From Vulcanimicrobiota bacterium (GTDB taxonomy: Bacteria; Vulcanimicrobiota; Vulcanimicrobiia; Vulcanimicrobiales; Vulcanimicrobiaceae), in NCBI GenBank assembly GCA_963733295.1, contig CAVTCS010000005.1, forward strand, positions 96,001 to 160,000: a DNA stretch of 64,000 bases, written 5' to 3'. The notes under the pieces were generated by a model. That model had not been told where the DNA came from. It saw only the letters and a program-made list of their open reading frames with translations, and did not search any database. Of this stretch, positions 11,260-20,482 are shown piece by piece (positions within the stretch are counted from its first letter, which is position 1; the number at the start of each line of letters is the position of its first letter). Both the position numbers and the translations under genes were made by a program.

Positions 11260-12282
11260 GTGATCCAGAAACCTTTGCTCTTCAGCGGCAACTCGAACTT
11301 TGAGCTCGCGCGAGAGATCGCGCAGAAGATGGAAACGCGCCTCGGCAGCGCGCTCGTCGACAAGTTCAGGAACGAAGAGTGCCGCATCGAGATCCGCGAG
11401 AACGTGCGCGGGGCCGAAGTCTTTTTGGTTCAGTCCCTGTGCAAAGCGCCGAACGGGTCGTCCGTCAACGACTCGCTGATGGAGCTGCTACTCATGATCG
11501 ACGCGCTCAACCGCGCCTCGGCGGGGCGTATCACGGCGGTCATCCCCTACTTCGGCTACGCCAAGCAAGACAAGAAGACCAAAGGCCGCGAGCCGATCTC
11601 GGCCAAGCTGGTCGCCAACATGATCGAAGCTGCCGGCGCCAAGCGCGTCGTGACGCTCGATCTCCACGCCGCCCAAATTCAGGGCTTCTTCGACCTGCCG
11701 GTCGACAACCTCGAAGCGGCCCCGACCCTCTCGACGTACCTGAAATCGCAGGGCCTCGAAGGCGACCGGGTCGTCATCGTTTCGCCAGATGCCGGCGGCG
11801 TCACCCGGGCCGAGAAGTTCGCGAAGCGGCTCCGGAGCTCGCTCGCCATCGTGTTCAAGCGCCGGCCCGAGCCCGACGTCTCCGAGGTTACCGAGATCGT
11901 CGGCGACGTAAGCGGCAAGATCGCGGTGGTCGTCGATGATATGATCTCGACCGGCGGAACGCTCGCCAAGGCCGCCGAGGCCCTCATCCGGCGCGGCGCG
12001 ACCGAGGTCTACACCTGCGCGACCCACGGCATCTTTGCGGGAGATGCCGTCAAGGTCCTAACGGAATCGCCGATCTCGAAGATCGTCGTCACGAACACGA
12101 TCCCGTTCGACGATGCCCTGCTGAACCCGAAATTCCAAGTGCTCTCGATCGCGCAAATCTTAGCCGACGCGATCAAACGCATCACCGCGAACCGCTCGGT
12201 CTCCGAACTGTTCGCCAAAGATGACGAGCCGGTTCCCGTTCCGCCGGCACTCGAACTCCCCGAACTCACGCCCGCCTCTTAA
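11260..12282 (+). CDS. prs: Ribose-phosphate pyrophosphokinase
   Basis: PYFGYAKQDKK, DLHAAQIQGFF, SPDAGG, VDDMISTGGT; GTG start at 11254 or 11260 after GGAG. Confidence 0.97.
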   Translation: MIQKPLLFSGNSNFELAREIAQKMETRLGSALVDKFRNEECRIEIRENVRGAEVFLVQSLCKAPNGSSVNDSLMELLLMIDALNRASAGRITAVIPYFGYAKQDKKTKGREPISAKLVANMIEAAGAKRVVTLDLHAAQIQGFFDLPVDNLEAAPTLSTYLKSQGLEGDRVVIVSPDAGGVTRAEKFAKRLRSSLAIVFKRRPEPDVSEVTEIVGDVSGKIAVVVDDMISTGGTLAKAAEALIRRGATEVYTCATHGIFAGDAVKVLTESPISKIVVTNTIPFDDALLNPKFQVLSIAQILADAIKRITANRSVSELFAKDDEPVPVPPALELPELTPAS

Positions 12283-12294
12283 CGACAGGAAGAC

Positions 12295-12945
12295 ATGGCT
12301 GCCAAAAACGACGCGCTCGCAGTCGAGACGCGAACGAATACCGGGACCACCGCGGCGAACGCGCTGCGCAAGCACGGCCGCGTGCCGGGCGTCCTCTTCG
12401 GGCACGGCGCTGCGCCGACACCGATCACGCTCGACGCGAAAGCACTCGACGAGCTGCTGCATGGCGGTGGCCGGAACCATTTGCTCGACATTACGATCGA
12501 TGGGTCGACCAAAGACACCGCGCTGGTGCGTGAGATCCAACGCCATCCCATCACGCGCCGCGTCCTTCACGCGGACCTGCAGCGCGTTAGCGCCACCGAA
12601 GAGATCTCGGCCTCACTCCCGCTCGTACCGGTCGGCGTCGCGGAGGGCGTCAAGAACGACGGCGGCGTGATGGATCTCGTCCTGCACACCGTCGAGGTGA
12701 CCGGGCCGGCCAACGCGCTGCCCGACCACATCGAAGCCGACGTCACGGGTCTCTCGATCGGCGACCGCTTCACCGCGGGCGAACTCGTGCTGCCTCCGGG
12801 CATCAAGCTCGAGCTGGATGCGGCCACCGTCTTGATCACGATCGAAGCGCCGCGCGCCGAGCGCGAAGAGGAAGCGGCCGTCGCTCCCCTCGCGGCCGAG
12901 GTGCCGACCGTCGCGGAGACGACCGGCGCGGAGAGCGCGACGTAG
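12295..12945 (+). CDS. rplY: 50S ribosomal protein L25/Ctc
   Basis: LRKHGRVPGVLFG, REIQRHP, HADL, C-terminal Ctc domain; prs-rplY-pth synteny. Confidence 0.95.
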   Translation: MAAKNDALAVETRTNTGTTAANALRKHGRVPGVLFGHGAAPTPITLDAKALDELLHGGGRNHLLDITIDGSTKDTALVREIQRHPITRRVLHADLQRVSATEEISASLPLVPVGVAEGVKNDGGVMDLVLHTVEVTGPANALPDHIEADVTGLSIGDRFTAGELVLPPGIKLELDAATVLITIEAPRAEREEEAAVAPLAAEVPTVAETTGAESAT

Positions 12946-13532
12946 ACGGAACTCGCATCGTCGCGGGACTCGGCAACCCCGGTTCGCGTTACGAGCGGAC
13001 CCGTCACAACGTCGGGTTCGTCGTGCTCGACGAAGTCGCACGGCGCCTCGGCGCTCCGGGCTGGCGCAAAAAGGACAACGCCGAACAGGCGCACCTCGCG
13101 GCGCGCGGGGTCGTGCTCGTCAAGCCGCTCTCGTACATGAACGAAAGCGGGATCCCGCTCGCCCGCATCGCGCGCTGGTGGAAGGTCCCGCCGGAGGAGC
13201 TGCTCGTCGTTAGCGACGATTTGGATCTGCCGCTCGGCCGGCTCCGCATGCGCGCCGGCGGAGGTTCGGGCGGTCACAATGGGCTCAAATCGGTCATCGA
13301 ATGGTTCGGGGAAGAGTTTCCGCGGCTGCGAGTGGGAATAGGGCGCGGAGAGGATGACGCGATCGATCACGTGCTCTCGACTTTCACTCCCGAGGAAGAG
13401 CAGCGCCTCACTCCCGCACTCGAGAAGGCTGCGGACGGCGTCATCGCCTGGCTCGACTCCGGCGTGATCGAGGCCGCCAACGGCGTGAACGGGTGGCGAA
13501 CGGATGGCTCGCTGCCGAACGAAACGGTATGA
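12942..13532 (+). CDS. pth: Peptidyl-tRNA hydrolase (likely non-canonical start upstream of the track ORF)
   Basis: Conserved IVAGLGNPG...TRHNVGF lies in frame at 12957-13020, upstream of the first canonical start (13023); KPLSYMNESG, DDLDLP, GGHNGLKS. Confidence 0.93.
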   Translation, partial: VDGTRIVAGLGNPGSRYERTRHNVGFVVLDEVARRLGAPGWRKKDNAEQAHLAARGVVLVKPLSYMNESGIPLARIARWWKVPPEELLVVSDDLDLPLGRLRMRAGGGSGGHNGLKSVIEWFGEEFPRLRVGIGRGEDDAIDHVLSTFTPEEEQRLTPALEKAADGVIAWLDSGVIEAANGVNGWRTDGSLPNETV

Positions 13533-14209
13533 GCGAGCCGCACGCCTTCGCGGGCCGCACCTTCGTCCTCCGCATCGACGAAGGGCCACTAGCCCTGCGC
13601 ACGACGCTCGCCGACGATCTGGCATTTCTGATGGAACGCCACGTGCGGCCGATCATCGTTGCGCCGACGAGCGAGATAGCGCGCGGCTACGTGCGTGCGC
13701 TCAACCGGCAAACGAGCGTCGCGGTCGGCCTTTCAGGCGCCGACGCGGCACTGCTTCCGGCCGCCGGCAGCGACGCGGTGGGGCGCGTCCAAACGCATAT
13801 CTTGCTGACGCTGGCCGAAGCCGGCTACATCCCCGTCATCGAACCGACGGCGCTCGGGATGTTCGGCGACGACGTTGCGCTCGGCGCCGACGAAGTGGCT
13901 TATGCGATCGCGGCCGCGACCGAAGCGGCGCGCGCAATCTTCTTCCACGAATCGGGTGGCGTCATCGATCCCGAGTCGCGCGCGCTCGTCGCCGAGCTCA
14001 CGCCGGCCGAAGCGCTCGCACTCGCCGAACGCCCGGAACTCGCTGCGGATTTGCGCGCGGCGATGCGCGCCGCCGCGCGCGGCGTGCGGGCCGGCGTGGG
14101 TGCCGCGCAGATCATCGACGGACGCGTCTCGCACGCCTCGATCGTCGAGCTCCTCACCGCACAACACCTCGGCACACAAGTCACCGGCACGGTCTACATC
14201 AGCTCCTAG
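13529..14209 (+). CDS. Acetylglutamate-kinase-like (amino-acid kinase fold) protein with degenerate catalytic motifs
   Basis: AVGLSGAD, GYIPVI, ADEVA, IIDGRVSH and GT resemble ArgB, but the KxGG and HGGG motifs are absent. Confidence 0.7.
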   Translation: MSEPHAFAGRTFVLRIDEGPLALRTTLADDLAFLMERHVRPIIVAPTSEIARGYVRALNRQTSVAVGLSGADAALLPAAGSDAVGRVQTHILLTLAEAGYIPVIEPTALGMFGDDVALGADEVAYAIAAATEAARAIFFHESGGVIDPESRALVAELTPAEALALAERPELAADLRAAMRAAARGVRAGVGAAQIIDGRVSHASIVELLTAQHLGTQVTGTVYISS

Positions 14210-14772
14210 CCTGAAAGTTCGACGAAGCGAAAGCAGCGCGTGAGGTGGTCGTTGACGAGGCCCACGGCCTGCATGAACGAGTAGACGATCGTCGGGCCGA
14301 CGAACCGGAAGCCCCGCGCGCGCAGATCGGCGCTGAGTTTCTCGGCAAGCGGCGTGACGGCGGGAACGTCGGCCGAGGTGCGGCGCCGGCGCACGATCGG
14401 CGCTCCGCCGCTGAACTGCCAGACGTAAGCGTCGAACGATCCCAAGCCGCTCTGAATCTGCAAGAACGCTCGCGCGTTGCCGATCGCCGCGGCGATCTTG
14501 GCCTTGTTGCGAACGATGCCGGCATCCGCCAGCAGCGCCGCGGTCTTCCGCGCGCCGTATCCGGCGATGCGCTCGGGATCGAAGCCGTCGAAAGCGCGCC
14601 GGTATGCCTCGCGCTTGCGCAAGATCGTCTCCCAGCTTAGCCCCGCTTGCGCGCCTTCGAGGATCAGGAATTCGAAGAGCCGGCGATCGTCGTGCACGGG
14701 AACGCCCCATTCGCGATCGTGATACTCGATCATCGCGTCGCTCTTCGCCCAACTGCAGCGCACTACGGGCAC
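14206..14772 (-). CDS. tag: DNA-3-methyladenine glycosylase I
   Basis: RCSW...YHDREWG, LEGAQAGLSW, FRFVGPTIVYSFMQAVGLVNDH...C; GTG at 14772 after GGAG. Confidence 0.96.
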   Translation of the reverse strand: MPVVRCSWAKSDAMIEYHDREWGVPVHDDRRLFEFLILEGAQAGLSWETILRKREAYRRAFDGFDPERIAGYGARKTAALLADAGIVRNKAKIAAAIGNARAFLQIQSGLGSFDAYVWQFSGGAPIVRRRRTSADVPAVTPLAEKLSADLRARGFRFVGPTIVYSFMQAVGLVNDHLTRCFRFVELSG

Positions 14773-16028
14773 GGATCGGGTCTCCCGGTGATCGCCGCAG
14801 CGCGCGCGCCGAGTGGATCGAAATCGTAGAAATAAAAGCGGGTGATGGCGCGGGGACATACCGGCAAGAAGCGCTCCTCGGAGAAGCGCACGTCGTGCCG
14901 GATCGCCTCGGCGGGAACGTTCGTCAAGGCGAGCGCGGCGGAGTCGGCTTGTCGTTCGATGTGCCGGCTGTAACCGTTGTAGATCGGATACGCGAAGAGC
15001 GCCGCAACGCACGCCAGTGAGAACACGAGCGCGAGTCGGGCCAGCGGATCGTCGTCGCGCCGGAAACCGATCCGGTCAGAAATGACGACGCCGAGCGCGA
15101 TGCACGCGATGAAGAGCAGCGTACCGAGGAGAGCCTTGCGTACCTCGGCCAGATTCCGCATCTTCACGAGCTCGCGCACGAGCGCGTAACGCGCTTCAGC
15201 CTGCGTCGAGCTCGCCAGCAACGAGTGCGTCACGATTACCCGGGCGCTCGGGCCGACGCCGGCGACCGCGGCGTTGCCGACGGCGGTCCGCCGCGAGGCG
15301 TCGACCACGACCACCTTTACGCCGGCCAAACCGAGTTCGCGGGCCGGCGCCTCGAGCGAGGCCGCGAGCGCCGGCGACACCGCTGCGAGCGGCCGCACCG
15401 ACAGCGACCCGTAGAGCGCCGAAACCCCGAGCGGTTCGACGAGGCTGAAGGCGACCGATGCAACGAAGAGCCCGAGCACCGAATAGATCCACCACTGCCG
15501 CGTCAGATCCACGAGCGTCAGGACGCACGCGACGACCAGACCGACGGCGAGCGCGTCGATCGTCAGGCGCGCGACGCCGTCGCGCAACCACAAGGCGAAC
15601 GGTTCGCTCAGCTGGTCGAAGACGTAGGCGACGCGGTATTGCGCGAGCGCGGCCGGCAGCGTCGCGAGCGCCCCGTAGAGGGCCAGCGCCGCGCCGTAAA
15701 CCAGTCGCAGCGCGAACGGCGAACGGAGGCGGCGGCGCAGTGCGTCGCGTAGACGCGCCGCGTTGCCGGAGCTCCAAAGGTAGAAGTATGCGAAGATCGC
15801 CGAAAGCGCCCAAATCGCGAACAGCGGCCGGCGGTAAAGGCCATACGTTTTCGAGATGATTGCGCGGGGCTTGTCGACCAAAGCATTCGGATCGGCCGAC
15901 AACAGACGCTGCGCCGGTATGGCGGTCACGCGGTGGTCGATGTAATTCATCGCACCCTCCGCATGCGCCGCGCGCGCGCAGAGTAGCACGAGCCCGAGGG
16001 CAAACAGTGCGAGACGCGTTCTTTTCAG
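14763..16028 (-). CDS. M48/Ste24-like membrane peptidase homolog lacking HEXXH
   Basis: Multi-TM N-domain, DASRRT..GNA.V.GVG...RVIV..SLL, ERQADSAAL, DP...R, with RELVK where HELGH is expected. Probable CTG start overlapping the thyX stop. Confidence 0.75.
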   Translation of the reverse strand: MKRTRLALFALGLVLLCARAAHAEGAMNYIDHRVTAIPAQRLLSADPNALVDKPRAIISKTYGLYRRPLFAIWALSAIFAYFYLWSSGNAARLRDALRRRLRSPFALRLVYGAALALYGALATLPAALAQYRVAYVFDQLSEPFALWLRDGVARLTIDALAVGLVVACVLTLVDLTRQWWIYSVLGLFVASVAFSLVEPLGVSALYGSLSVRPLAAVSPALAASLEAPARELGLAGVKVVVVDASRRTAVGNAAVAGVGPSARVIVTHSLLASSTQAEARYALVRELVKMRNLAEVRKALLGTLLFIACIALGVVISDRIGFRRDDDPLARLALVFSLACVAALFAYPIYNGYSRHIERQADSAALALTNVPAEAIRHDVRFSEERFLPVCPRAITRFYFYDFDPLGARAAAITGRPDPCP

Positions 16029-16738
16029 CCGGTAGCTACCAACTTTCGCGCGGCCGGCTTCGCGACCGCCACGTAGCGCGGGCAGTCGGGCCCGTTTGGT
16101 TCGTTGCAGTAACCGCGCACGCAGGTCGCGCCCGCCCGCACGAACAGGACCGGCGCGACCTTCTTGACGAGCCGCAGCATCGCGAAGGCCAGCTCGCGGA
16201 TTTCCCACTGCGCGTTATTGCACGTGCGCAGCGTGAAGAAATCGAGCAGCGCGCGCGCGTTTGCGGTGATGACGATTTGCGTTTCCGCGGCGTTGGGCAG
16301 TGCGAACCGGGCGTCTTCGGGCGGGGTGCCGGCGACCAGTGCCGCCTCGTAGAACTCCGCGATCTGCCCCATGAGCGCGTCGTACTTCGCATTGATCTCG
16401 GGACGCGCGGCGATCGAGGGCGGCGTGACGAACTCGAACTGCCCCTTGACCTTGATGTAGCGCTGGCTCTTTTGTTCGTATGACATGTGCCGGTGACGAA
16501 CGAGCTGGTGGGTGAGTGCGCGCGAAACCCCCGAAACGCCGAACGTGAACATCGTGTGCTCGAAGGTCGACAAGTGCCCCGCATCGCGCACGCGCGTCAC
16601 CATCTTGGCGACCTCTTCGCTGTTCCAGTTTTCATCGATCGCTTCGATGTCGCGCGGGCTGTAACAGTTGCGCGCCGCCGTTGCGACCGCGCGTTCGGGA
16701 TCGGGACTATACGAGAGCAGGATGACTCTGAGCGCCAT
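16025..16738 (-). CDS. thyX: FAD-dependent thymidylate synthase
   Basis: GHLSTFEH, SRALTHQLVRHRHMSYEQKSQRY, EDARFALPNA, AQWEIR. Confidence 0.97.
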   Translation of the reverse strand: MALRVILLSYSPDPERAVATAARNCYSPRDIEAIDENWNSEEVAKMVTRVRDAGHLSTFEHTMFTFGVSGVSRALTHQLVRHRHMSYEQKSQRYIKVKGQFEFVTPPSIAARPEINAKYDALMGQIAEFYEAALVAGTPPEDARFALPNAAETQIVITANARALLDFFTLRTCNNAQWEIRELAFAMLRLVKKVAPVLFVRAGATCVRGYCNEPNGPDCPRYVAVAKPAARKLVATG

Positions 16739-16805
16739 CCGCAATGGTTCGCCGCAAGCGAGCCGAGGCCCGCTGGGCGCAAGGGCAGCCGACGTGGAAG
16801 CTTGG

Positions 16806-18131
16806 CTAAATTTGCGCGGGTTGAGGCGTTCCTAAAGGCGCGGCGATCGCGCCTTCGGCTGCGAGCGTCCGTTCGCGCAGCGGTTTGAGCACGAGGAGCG
16901 CCGCCACGGCGACGATGACGTTGAATCCCGCGAGCACTGCGAGCACGGTGGTCCAGTTTCCCGTCGAGGCATGAATCGCGCTCGCCAACGGCACGACGAA
17001 CGACGCCGTTCCTTTCGCCGTATACAAGAACCCTGCGTTGGTCGTGGCGTATTTCGTCCCGAACAGATCGGTGCACGCGGCCGGGAAAAGGCTGTAAATC
17101 TCACCCGACGCGACGAACGTCATCCCCGCGAACACGATGAAGAGCGCCGGGTTCGAAGCGAAGGCCGCGAGTCCGAGCAGCCCGGCCGCCTCGATTAAAA
17201 ACGCGCCGAACATCGTGCGCTCTCGTCCGATGAAATCGGAGATGTAGCCGAAGACGATGCGGCTCCCGCCGTTGAGCACGTTATCGACGATCAGCGCGAG
17301 CTCGAGCACGACGAAGGCGCCCCCGAAGAACCCGATCGGCAACTTGGCGACGCCGTAGTCGGTGGCCATCGGCGCAAGCTGTGCGGTCATAAAGAGCAGC
17401 CCGGTCGCGATGAGCACGAACATCATGTAGAGCAAATAGAAGGCGGGGGTCGACAGCATTTGCAGCGGGGTGCGATCGAAACGCGTCTGCCCGACCGCTC
17501 GGGGCGGCTTCGCGCCTTCCGGCGCGCGGTTGATGACGTTCTGCATGAAGAGCGCGGCGATGAGGACCACGATGCCCTGAGTGAGACCGAAGGTTTGGAA
17601 GGCCGCCGCGTATCCGTCGGCCTTGATCATGTGCGAAATCGGGATAACCGTCAGCGCAGCGCCTCCGCCGAAGCCGGCGGCGGTCAGGCCGGCCGCCATG
17701 CCGCGCCGGTCGGGGAAGTTCTTCACCGCCGCACCGATCATCGTGCCGTAGACGATCCCCGCGCCGATGCCGCCCATGACCGCGCCGAAGTAGAGCATCG
17801 GTAAGGTTTCGGCCCGCGAGTACGTCAGCCACGACGCGGCAACCAGCACGCCTGCCATCGCGACGAAGAGCCGCGGTCCGTAACGGTCGACGAGATAACC
17901 CGTCACCGGAACGAGCCAGACTTGGAACAGCACGAACAGCGTGAAGGTAAACTGAACTTGCGTCTTCGTCCAGCCGTGCGCGATCGAAAGCGGGTTGACG
18001 AAGAGCGTCCACCCGTACTGCAGATTCGCCACCATGATCATCGCGAGGATGCCTAGGCTCAGTTGGAACCAGCGATTGTTCAAGCGAGCTCCTTCCGGCG
18101 AGCCGGTCGCGATCGAAACGTTCTCCACCAT
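16806..18131 (-). CDS. oxlT: Oxalate/formate antiporter (OFA family MFS)
   Basis: NRWFQL...[37 protein letters not shown]; divergent from frc. True start is ATG 18131; the longer track ORF is a shadow of frc. Confidence 0.9.
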   Translation of the reverse strand: MVENVSIATGSPEGARLNNRWFQLSLGILAMIMVANLQYGWTLFVNPLSIAHGWTKTQVQFTFTLFVLFQVWLVPVTGYLVDRYGPRLFVAMAGVLVAASWLTYSRAETLPMLYFGAVMGGIGAGIVYGTMIGAAVKNFPDRRGMAAGLTAAGFGGGAALTVIPISHMIKADGYAAAFQTFGLTQGIVVLIAALFMQNVINRAPEGAKPPRAVGQTRFDRTPLQMLSTPAFYLLYMMFVLIATGLLFMTAQLAPMATDYGVAKLPIGFFGGAFVVLELALIVDNVLNGGSRIVFGYISDFIGRERTMFGAFLIEAAGLLGLAAFASNPALFIVFAGMTFVASGEIYSLFPAACTDLFGTKYATTNAGFLYTAKGTASFVVPLASAIHASTGNWTTVLAVLAGFNVIVAVAALLVLKPLRERTLAAEGAIAAPLGTPQPAQI

Positions 18132-18233
18132 TGTATCGGTAGGTGCCCGCGAACCTGCCGCCCGTCCGGCAGCGCGCAAAGCTTTTCGCATCGCGTAAAA
18201 GGGGGGCATCCGCACACCCCTAAAGCTCGGGAG

Positions 18234-19490
18234 ATGCTTACCGAAAAAGGAAAGAATAGCGCTCGCGCCTTGACGGGCGTCAAAGTCCTCGACATGACGC
18301 ACGTTCAAGCCGGCCCTTCGTGTACGCAGATCTTGGCTTGGCTGGGTGCCGACGTCGTGAAAGTCGAGTTGCCCGGACGCGGCGATATCACGCGCCAGCA
18401 GTTGCGCGATCTGCCCGGCGTCGACAGTCTCTACTTCACCATGCTCAACTGCAACAAGCGCAGCGTCACGCTTAATACGAAGCTTCCCGAGGGGCGCGAG
18501 CTTTTTGGGGCGCTGCTGCGCGAGTCCGACGTGCTGGTCGAGAACTTTGGGCCCGGCGTACTCGACCGTCAGGGCTATCCGTGGGAAACGATACGCGAGA
18601 TCAATCCGCGCCTGATCTACGCTTCGATCAAAGGCTTCGGTCCCGGGCGTTACGAGGATGCCAAAGCGTACGAACCGGTTGCACAGGCGATGGGCGGCTC
18701 GATGAGCACGACCGGCTGGCCGGACGGGCGTCCGACGGTAACGGGAGCGCAGATCGGCGATTCGGGAACCGGCATCCACACGGTCGCGGCGATATTGGCG
18801 GCGTTGTATCAGCGCGACATGCATACCGGTCGCGGTCAGCGCGTCGTGTGCACGATGCAAGATTCGGTCCTGAACCTGTGTCGCGTCAAGATGCGCGATC
18901 AGCAGCGCTTGCAACACGGCACGCTCAGCGAGTACCCGAACAAGGCCTTCGACGGCGTCGTCCCGCGCTCGGGGAACGCATCGGGCGGCGGACAACCCGG
19001 CGCGGCGCTGCGCTGCAGCCCCGGCGGCGAGAACGACTACATCTACATGGTCATCCAGCCGCACGTCTGGGCGCCGCTCGCGGCGTTGATCGAACGTCCC
19101 GAACTCGCGGAGGACCCACGCTTCGCGACGCCCGCCGCGCGACTCCCCATCCTCGACGAAGTTTGGGAAGTCATCGAAGCCTGGACCAGCCGCCACTCGA
19201 AAGCCGAAGTGCTCGAGAAGTGCAACGCGATCGACGTGCCGTGCGGCCCGATCTTGAGCATGAAGGAGTTGCTCGAAGATCCCGACCTGCGCGAACGCGG
19301 CATGATCGTCGCGGTCGAACACCCGGAGCGCGGCACGTTCTACACGGTCGGCTGTCCGTTGCAGCTTTCCGATTCGCCGGTCGAAGTGCGGCGCTCGCCT
19401 TTGCTCGGCGAGCACAACGCCGAGGTGTTCGGCAAGCTGGGATACGATGAGGCCAAGCTCGCGCAGTTGCGCGATGCGGGCGTCATTTGA
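18234..19490 (+). CDS. frc: Formyl-CoA transferase
   Basis: [24 protein letters not shown] (catalytic Asp), GGGQPG loop. Confidence 0.93.
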   Translation: MLTEKGKNSARALTGVKVLDMTHVQAGPSCTQILAWLGADVVKVELPGRGDITRQQLRDLPGVDSLYFTMLNCNKRSVTLNTKLPEGRELFGALLRESDVLVENFGPGVLDRQGYPWETIREINPRLIYASIKGFGPGRYEDAKAYEPVAQAMGGSMSTTGWPDGRPTVTGAQIGDSGTGIHTVAAILAALYQRDMHTGRGQRVVCTMQDSVLNLCRVKMRDQQRLQHGTLSEYPNKAFDGVVPRSGNASGGGQPGAALRCSPGGENDYIYMVIQPHVWAPLAALIERPELAEDPRFATPAARLPILDEVWEVIEAWTSRHSKAEVLEKCNAIDVPCGPILSMKELLEDPDLRERGMIVAVEHPERGTFYTVGCPLQLSDSPVEVRRSPLLGEHNAEVFGKLGYDEAKLAQLRDAGVI

Positions 19491-20482
19491 GCGAAGCGCC
19501 TCCCAGCCCCAAACGATACGCGGTCGTCGGCGCCGGTGCGATCGGCGGCTACGTCGGAGCGGCTCTTTCGCACGCCGGTCACGACGTGACGCTTTTCGCG
19601 CGCGGGGAGCATCTGCGCGCGATGCAGACGGACGGGGTGCGCGTGAAGAGCCCGCGCGGCGACTTCAGCGCCCGCCCTAACGCCACCGGCGATCTTGCGT
19701 CCATCGGTCCCGTCGACGTCGTGCTGCTGACGCTCAAGGCGCATCAGCTCGACGCGGTCATAGCTGAGCTGCCCACGCTCTATAAAGCGCAGACGCCGGT
19801 CGTGGCACTTCAAAACGGTATCCCTTGGTGGTATTTCCAGCGTCACGGCGGCCCGTTCGACGGACTGCAGCTCGAGAGCGTCGACCCGGGCGGCAAACTC
19901 GCCGCGGCGATCCCCGCCGAACGCGTCATCGGCTGCGTCATCTATTGTTCGACGGAAATCGTTTCGCCCGGGGTGATCCGCCATCTCGAGGGGACGCGCT
20001 ACTCGCTCGGGGAGCCCGACCGCAGCATCAGCGCGCGAGCGCAGAGCATCGCGGCCGACTTCACCGCCGCCGGCCTCAAGTCACCGGTCGAGGCCGACCT
20101 GCGGCGCGACATCTGGCTCAAGCTGCTCGGCAACGCGGCGTTCAACCCGATCAGCGCGCTGACGCGCGCCACGCTCGCCGACATGACGAACGATCCGCTG
20201 ATCGAGCCGCTCGTGCGCGAGATGATGGAAGAGTCGGTCGCGCTGGCAGCCAAGCTGGACATCACCTTCGACGTCACGATCGAAAAGCGCATCGACGGCG
20301 CGCGGCGCGTTGGAGCGCACAAGACCTCGATGCTGCAAGATCTCGACGCGGGCAAAGCGCTCGAGCTCGACGCCTTGACCGGAGCGGTCGTCGAACTCGG
20401 CGAGAAGCTCGGCGTGGCGACTCCCGCGACGCGACACGTCTACGCCCTCGCGAAGCTACTCGACCGGCAGAGGTCGTCCTAA
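19487..20482 (+). CDS. 2-dehydropantoate 2-reductase family protein (PanE2/oxalyl-CoA reductase-like)
   Basis: [39 protein letters not shown]-coupled to frc. Confidence 0.88.
   Translation: MSEAPPSPKRYAVVGAGAIGGYVGAALSHAGHDVTLFARGEHLRAMQTDGVRVKSPRGDFSARPNATGDLASIGPVDVVLLTLKAHQLDAVIAELPTLYKAQTPVVALQNGIPWWYFQRHGGPFDGLQLESVDPGGKLAAAIPAERVIGCVIYCSTEIVSPGVIRHLEGTRYSLGEPDRSISARAQSIAADFTAAGLKSPVEADLRRDIWLKLLGNAAFNPISALTRATLADMTNDPLIEPLVREMMEESVALAAKLDITFDVTIEKRIDGARRVGAHKTSMLQDLDAGKALELDALTGAVVELGEKLGVATPATRHVYALAKLLDRQRSS

Noticed and set aside
18132..19415. 869-aa ORF suggesting a large N-terminal fusion on OxlT
   Set aside because: The extension is the antisense shadow of frc; the transporter begins at 18131.
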